The notes under the pieces were generated by a model. The model saw nothing but the letters and a program-made list of their open reading frames with translations, did not search any database and had not been told where the DNA came from. A program made the translations under genes and the position numbers. From Verrucomicrobiota bacterium (GTDB lineage Bacteria; Verrucomicrobiota; Verrucomicrobiia; Limisphaerales; CANJSG01), in the NCBI GenBank assembly GCA_038209745.1, contig JBBQXJ010000108.1, positions 1 to 12,280 on the forward strand: a stretch of DNA of 12,280 nt. The letters are read 5' to 3'. Positions 7,620-12,280 of the stretch are shown piece after piece; the first letter of the stretch is position 1, and every line of letters begins with the position of its first letter.

Positions 7620-7642
7620 TCCTTCCTCTTCAAGCCACGATC

Positions 7643-8401
7643 ATGCAGCCCGTCATCCAGCTGGTAGACTTCAAGAAGACCTACCGGAACGGCGAACTCG
7701 AGGTCCACGCAGTCAAAGGCGTCACCCTCGAGATCCAACCCGGAGAGTTCGTCGCCGTCATGGGCTCTTCCGGCTCCGGCAAGTCCACCCTCATGAACAC
7801 GCTCGGTTGCCTCGATCGTCCCACAGCCGGGGATTTCCTGCTCGACGGAGTCAACGTGAACGAACTCAACCGCGACGAATTGGCCGATCTCCGGAACGAA
7901 AAGATCGGCTTCGTCTTTCAGGGCTTCAACCTCCTCGCCCGCACGAGCGCTCTGGAGAACTGCGAGCTGCCCATGCTCTACGCCCGTCCCGCCATCCGTG
8001 CCTCCATCCAGCGAGAGCGCGCGATGGACGCTCTCGAAAAAGTCGGGCTCGGCGATCGATTCGACCACACTCCGAACCAACTCTCTGGCGGCCAGCAGCA
8101 ACGGGTCGCCATCGCCCGGGCCCTCGTCAACCAGCCTACCCTGCTGCTCGCCGACGAACCGACAGGCAACCTGGACACCCAGACCAGCATCGAGATCATG
8201 GGCATTTTCCAGTCGTTGAACGAAGCCGGCATGACCGTCGTGATGGTCACCCACGAACTCGACATCGCCAGCTATGCCAAACGGATGATCGTGATGAAGG
8301 ATGGCCGCATCGTCCGCGACGACGTTGTCTCGCCCCGGTTCAACGCCGCCGGCGAGTTGGCCAAGCTCACCCAGGAACAGGCCGCCGTCAGCCTCGCCTA
8401 A
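7643..8401 (+). CDS. MacB/LolD-type ABC transporter ATP-binding protein, 252 aa
   Basis: Walker A GSSGSGKST, signature LSGGQQQRVAIARAL, Walker B LLADEPTGNLD and H-loop VTHE. Start reassigned to ATG 7643 (MQPVIQL). Confidence 0.95.
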   Translation: MQPVIQLVDFKKTYRNGELEVHAVKGVTLEIQPGEFVAVMGSSGSGKSTLMNTLGCLDRPTAGDFLLDGVNVNELNRDELADLRNEKIGFVFQGFNLLARTSALENCELPMLYARPAIRASIQRERAMDALEKVGLGDRFDHTPNQLSGGQQQRVAIARALVNQPTLLLADEPTGNLDTQTSIEIMGIFQSLNEAGMTVVMVTHELDIASYAKRMIVMKDGRIVRDDVVSPRFNAAGELAKLTQEQAAVSLA

Positions 8402-8407
8402 CGCGCC

Positions 8408-9625
8408 ATGATCCTCCTCAACGCCTTCAAGCTCGCCCTGCGCGCCCTCAAACGGAACACCCTCCGTTCCCTTCTGACCATGCTCGGCATCATCATCGGC
8501 GTCGGAGCCGTGATCGCCGTCGTCAGCATCGGCAACGGCGCCCGGGTCCAGATCGAGAGCAACATCGCCGGTCTCGGCCAGAACGTCGTCCAAGTCATGT
8601 CCGGCGCCGTCCGGCGTGGCGGCGTCAGCCAGGGATTCGGCAGCGCCGGCACGCTGACCAAGGAAGACTACGACGCCCTCCGCAGCGAAGTTTCCGGCGT
8701 GGTCGGCATCAGCCCAGAAGTGAGGAGCCAGTCCCAGGTCGCCGTTGGCAACCAGAATTCGCGGGTCCAGATCATGGGAGTCGGACCCGACTACGCCAGC
8801 ATCCGCTCGTGGAACTTCGCCAGCGGTGACAACTTCACCGACTACGACGTGGACCGGGCCAACAAGGTCGCCGTGATCGGGAAGACCACGGCCGATTCGC
8901 TCTTCGGCGAAGGGACGGATCCGGTCGGCCAGATCGTCCGCATCGGCAATGCGCCCTTCACCATCGTCGGCTATCTCACACCGAAAGGCATGAACATGTT
9001 CGGCAGCGACCAGGACGACATCATCCTCGTGCCCTACACCAGCGCGATGAAGCGACTCTCCGGAGGCACCGCTTTCCGCTCCATTGTCATGGAGGCGGCC
9101 GGCCCGTCCTACAGCAAATCCATCCAGACCCAGATCACCGATCTCCTCCGCCAACGCCATCGGACGACCGAGGAAACCGATGATTTCAACGTCCGCACCC
9201 AGCAGGAACTGACGGAAGTGTTCACGGCCCAGTCCAAGACCATGACGATGCTTCTCGGTTCCGTGGCGGGCGTCTCCCTTTTCGTCGGCGGCATCGGCAT
9301 CATGAACATCATGCTCGTCAGCGTCACCGAGCGGACCCGTGAAATCGGAGTGCGCCTCGCCGTGGGCGCCCGAGGACGCGACATCCTCATGCAGTTCCTC
9401 ATCGAGGCCGTCACTCTCAGCATCGTAGGAGGCATCATCGGCATTTTTGCCGGGGGAATCGTCTCCAACCGATTGGCAGCATTGATGGGTTCTCCCACTT
9501 TGATCGACCCTCAATCTGTCCTCTTGGCTTTTTGTTCCAGCGCGGTAATCGGCATCTGCTTCGGTTTTTTCCCCGCCTTCAAAGCCAGCCAGCTCGATCC
9601 CATCGACGCACTCCGCTACGAATAA
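8408..9625 (+). CDS. MacB-type ABC transporter permease (MacB periplasmic core + FtsX domain), 405 aa
   Basis: RSLLTMLGIIIGVGAVI, VGGIGIMNIMLVSVTERTREIG, QFLIEA and LDPIDALRYE. Confidence 0.95.
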   Translation: MILLNAFKLALRALKRNTLRSLLTMLGIIIGVGAVIAVVSIGNGARVQIESNIAGLGQNVVQVMSGAVRRGGVSQGFGSAGTLTKEDYDALRSEVSGVVGISPEVRSQSQVAVGNQNSRVQIMGVGPDYASIRSWNFASGDNFTDYDVDRANKVAVIGKTTADSLFGEGTDPVGQIVRIGNAPFTIVGYLTPKGMNMFGSDQDDIILVPYTSAMKRLSGGTAFRSIVMEAAGPSYSKSIQTQITDLLRQRHRTTEETDDFNVRTQQELTEVFTAQSKTMTMLLGSVAGVSLFVGGIGIMNIMLVSVTERTREIGVRLAVGARGRDILMQFLIEAVTLSIVGGIIGIFAGGIVSNRLAALMGSPTLIDPQSVLLAFCSSAVIGICFGFFPAFKASQLDPIDALRYE

Positions 9626-9804
9626 AGTTGATCGACTCCAAAAATGTGCTTAAAGAGCCCCCGTTTGACCCAACTCCGGCCGGTTGAAGGGAACAAAATC
9701 TGGAGCACCGCTTAGAATTCCCTGTCCCAATCTCTTCCCGATCTGAAAGCGAAACGGATCGCCCCGCCAACAAGCGTCGGGCAAAAAGTCCCGACCAACC
9801 AAAA

Positions 9805-10191
9805 TCACTTCACCATCTGCTGCCACTGGTTTTCGCGGGCGGAACGGGCCGCCTTCAACGCGCCGATCGCGACAAACTCGCGGTATCTTTCGGCGGCGGG
9901 CAGGACGCAGGGGTGTTCGTAACCTTCGTCGGTGAGACGGCGCTGGAGGTTCTCAGCGAGGCTGCGGATCTGGCTGCCGCCGTCCGTCAGGACCATTTGC
10001 TGCAGAAGCTCGACGACGCTGTCGGAAGACGTGCGGGAGATCAGCGCCTTCACCGCGTCCATGATCTGGGAAACGAGCGCCTCGCAGGCCTCGAGCAACG
10101 CCGCCGCGATGTCGATCGTCCTCGGTTTTCCGGCAACCATCACGCTGACCGTCGAAAGGGGGACGGGCGTGATCTCTTGGATACCCACCAA
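9805..10191 (-). pseudogene. C-terminal fragment of a MamK/MreB-like actin ATPase
   Basis: EACEALVSQIMDAVKALI...LLQQMVLTDGGSQIRSL...FVAIGALKAA resembles the actin-fold adenosine motif (I-L-[TA]GGGS) and the connect-2 helix. The motif appears degenerate (TDGG for TGGG), and the N-terminal phosphate-1/2 regions are absent. Confidence 0.6.
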
Positions 10192-10496
10192 GGAACAGAT
10201 CGGAAGCCATACTGTGACCCCTGCCGGGCCAAGTTCTCCATTTCCCGTTTTGACGCCCGAGCCATGCCCCCGCTCTGGAGGAAGGCGACGATGCGCTGGA
10301 GTTCATCGCGGAAGAACCACGCTCCGTGGACCGGGCAGACGCAGACGATCACTCCGGAGAAACCCGAGAAGCTCACGCGGTTCATGAGATGGGTGCAGAC
10401 GAGGCATTTCCGTCGGCGCACCGCGTCTCCAAGGCTCCCTCCCGTTCCGACCAAAACGAGTCCCCCAATAGGTGGGGTGGTTGCTGGCAAGTCCAC
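10140..10496 (-). pseudogene. Decayed zinc-ribbon (zf-TFIIB-like) domain protein remnant
   Basis: RKCLVCTHLMNRVSFSGFSGVIVCVCPVHGAWFFRDELQRIVAFLQSGG follows the CxxC..M..(D)xCxxHGxWxDxxEL pattern with the expected Asp positions replaced. An in-frame TAG lies just upstream and there is no good start. Confidence 0.55.
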
Positions 10497-10662
10497 ACGC
10501 TAAAACATTCCCGGGCGATCCAGGCCCGGCCCAGCGGATTTGTATCGGGGAGACAACCAACCACCCTGCAGCTCTCTGTCATGCCGGAGGTCTGCCCCTG
10601 TGCGGTCCAAAAAATCGAGTTTCGTCAACCAGTCGCAACCTCATCCAAAAAACTGTGCTCCC

Positions 10663-12183
10663 ATGAAAACCACCACCTGTCTGAATTCCATCCGCACCTT
10701 GAGCAGCGCCGCCGCCATGAGCGTCGGCCTCTCTTTGGCGAGCATTTCCCTCCAAGCCGAAGTCGTCTTTCGCTTCGGTTTCGATGAAGGAACCGGCTCC
10801 ACCGTGACCAACGCCGCCGGAACTCTGACCGGCATTCTCGGGCCGCCCGTAGTTCCGAACAGCAATCCGACCACCAGCGACGCCTCGCCTTCCGGCGGCG
10901 CGACCGACAAGTCGGTTGTCATCGCCGCTCCTGCCGCCTATCTGCTGATGGACTCGACCAACAACCCGGCGCTCCACGATGTTACCCAGCCCATTACCGC
11001 CGAGGCGTGGATCAAAATTCCCGAGGGCACGACGTTTAGTTTCCAGGGCATCACGGGCTACGGCAGATCATGGAAGATGGGGCTCTTGGACAATGGAGAT
11101 TTGGCGTTCACCCTGTTCGGGGTTGTGGACATCGATTCGCAGGTGTTCGTCCCACAGGGGTCGTGGGTGCATGTGGCTGCGGCCTGGGAACCAGGGGTTG
11201 GCGTCAGGTTCTATCTGAACGGCGTGGCATCGAGTTTCATCGAAGAAACACGCGCAATGACGACACCGATCAACTCGTATCTCGCAGTCGGCGCAGCGGG
11301 TTTCAGCGGTGAGCCTCTGACCGCCTCGATGGACCGGGTCAGGGTCCACCGCGCGGTCCTGACCGTCGACCAGCTCGATTCGGACGCGGCCACGCCCAAA
11401 GCGCCGTTGGGATCGACCGTCGCAGCGTTTGACTTCACCGAGGCCACGCCGCCGTATTCGAACACCGGCAGTCTCCCCATCCCCGCCCGGCCGGCCCAGC
11501 CGATCCAGATCGCGCTAAGCTCGCCGAAGTTCGTCACCGGGTCGCCCTCCGCGAAATCCGGCGACACGGCGCTTTTTTTCGACGGAAACGACACGCTCGC
11601 GATCGACGATCCGTCCCAGATCTTCAATCTCCCGACCGGCAACTTCACGGTGCAGGCCTGGGTGAAGTTCGACATCCTGCCCGTCACCCGCCAAGTCCTG
11701 CTCGGCAATTTCGGCCCCGGCGGCGCGTTGAGCTTCTCGGTCGCCGGTGGCGGCGCCGTGCAGATGACGACCTACGGGATCAGGGACGTTCCTTCGGCCG
11801 CCAAAGTTCCGGATGACGGCCTCTGGCATCATCTCGCGATCGTGCACAGCAATGGCACCGACCTGAAATTCTACGTGGACGGCGTGCTCGGCGACACGAT
11901 CGCCTACACCAGCGGTCTGGGCACCCGGGCCACGACGACCTTCCACATCGGCAGCGAATTCGGCACGGGCCTCCTCCTCAACGGATCGATCGACCGCGTC
12001 CAAATGGACGATGTCCCGCTGGCGCAAAAGGACCTCGACTATCTCGCCATCCCCGGTGTCACCCCCGACGCACCGACACTGGCAATCGGCACCGCCGTTT
12101 CCATCGCGTGGCCCACGGTCGCGACGGGCTTCATCCTCCAGGGAACCGCTGATTTAATCGCGCTCCCACGGAAAGCGAGCTGA
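10663..12183 (+). CDS. Secreted protein with two tandem LamG/concanavalin-like (Laminin_G_3) domains, C-terminus replaced by IS sequence, 506 aa
   Basis: Signal peptide ending SLQA-E, then FGFDEGTGSTV. Repeat 1 shows ITAEAWIK..WVHVAAAW..FYLNG..MDRVRV. Repeat 2 shows FTVQAWVK..WHHLAIV..FYVDG..GSIDRVQM. Start at ATG 10663. The last 13 codons lie inside the IS5 end. Confidence 0.85.
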   Translation: MKTTTCLNSIRTLSSAAAMSVGLSLASISLQAEVVFRFGFDEGTGSTVTNAAGTLTGILGPPVVPNSNPTTSDASPSGGATDKSVVIAAPAAYLLMDSTNNPALHDVTQPITAEAWIKIPEGTTFSFQGITGYGRSWKMGLLDNGDLAFTLFGVVDIDSQVFVPQGSWVHVAAAWEPGVGVRFYLNGVASSFIEETRAMTTPINSYLAVGAAGFSGEPLTASMDRVRVHRAVLTVDQLDSDAATPKAPLGSTVAAFDFTEATPPYSNTGSLPIPARPAQPIQIALSSPKFVTGSPSAKSGDTALFFDGNDTLAIDDPSQIFNLPTGNFTVQAWVKFDILPVTRQVLLGNFGPGGALSFSVAGGGAVQMTTYGIRDVPSAAKVPDDGLWHHLAIVHSNGTDLKFYVDGVLGDTIAYTSGLGTRATTTFHIGSEFGTGLLLNGSIDRVQMDDVPLAQKDLDYLAIPGVTPDAPTLAIGTAVSIAWPTVATGFILQGTADLIALPRKAS

Positions 12184-12280
12184 CGCGGGAGGAGCGTTGG
12201 GGGAGGATGGTGGGCATGGAAGCACAGAGGAGTTTCGCGGAGGCGGAGTTCATGGCGAAGAAGAAGACCACGCGGCGGGA
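12142..12280 (+). mobile_element. IS5-family (IS5 subgroup) insertion sequence, left end (continues beyond window)
   Basis: Begins GGAACCGCTGATTTA, resembling IS5-subgroup terminal inverted repeats. It is preceded by CCAG (candidate 4-bp target duplication). There is an abrupt switch from C-rich to G/A-rich sequence, and a transposase start follows. Confidence 0.82.
12216..12280 (+). CDS. IS5-family transposase, N-terminus (partial; not in ORF track)
   Basis: GGAGG at 12202-12206, then ATG 12216 giving MEAQRSFAEAEFMAKKKTTRR, matching the IS5 N-terminal pattern QxSFAxAExxxKxKxTRRE. Confidence 0.85.
   Translation, partial: MEAQRSFAEAEFMAKKKTTRR

Noticed and set aside
7232..7642. Trp/Arg-rich N-terminal extension of the ABC ATPase ORF (RWWRRWWWRW)
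   Set aside because: Off-frame reading of the adaptor's glycine codons; the true start is ATG 7643.
7481..9514. 677-aa minus-strand ORF
   Set aside because: Antisense shadow of the ABC ATPase and permease genes.
9805..10191. Magnetosome island
   Set aside because: Only a degenerate actin fragment is present; no other mam/mms-like genes occur in the window.
1..12280. Composite transposon or CRISPR array
   Set aside because: The flanking IS ends belong to different families, and no regularly spaced repeat-spacer array was seen.

Overview
GC-rich bacterial chromosomal segment. Gene style suggests Verrucomicrobiota (Pedosphaera/Limisphaera-like); this is an inference. The window is bounded by two outward-pointing IS ends: an ISL3-family element at 1-137 (minus strand) and an IS5-family element at 12142-12280 (plus strand), which has truncated a secreted tandem-LamG protein gene. 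Between them lie xylulokinase (xylB), a glycine-rich RRM RNA-binding protein, translation initiation factor IF-1 (infA, no usable ATG start), a SAM methyltransferase plus GT2 glycosyltransferase pair, an MscS channel and a MacAB-type (adaptor/ATPase/permease) ABC operon. A decayed region follows in which a zinc-ribbon (zf-TFIIB-like) remnant abuts the C-terminal fragment of a MamK/MreB-like actin. The most interesting unexplained signal is a ~95-nt putative four-helix junction RNA (2204-2297) in the leader of the RRM gene, a candidate cis-regulatory RNA for an RRM-infA module. All calls are by eye; no searches were run.
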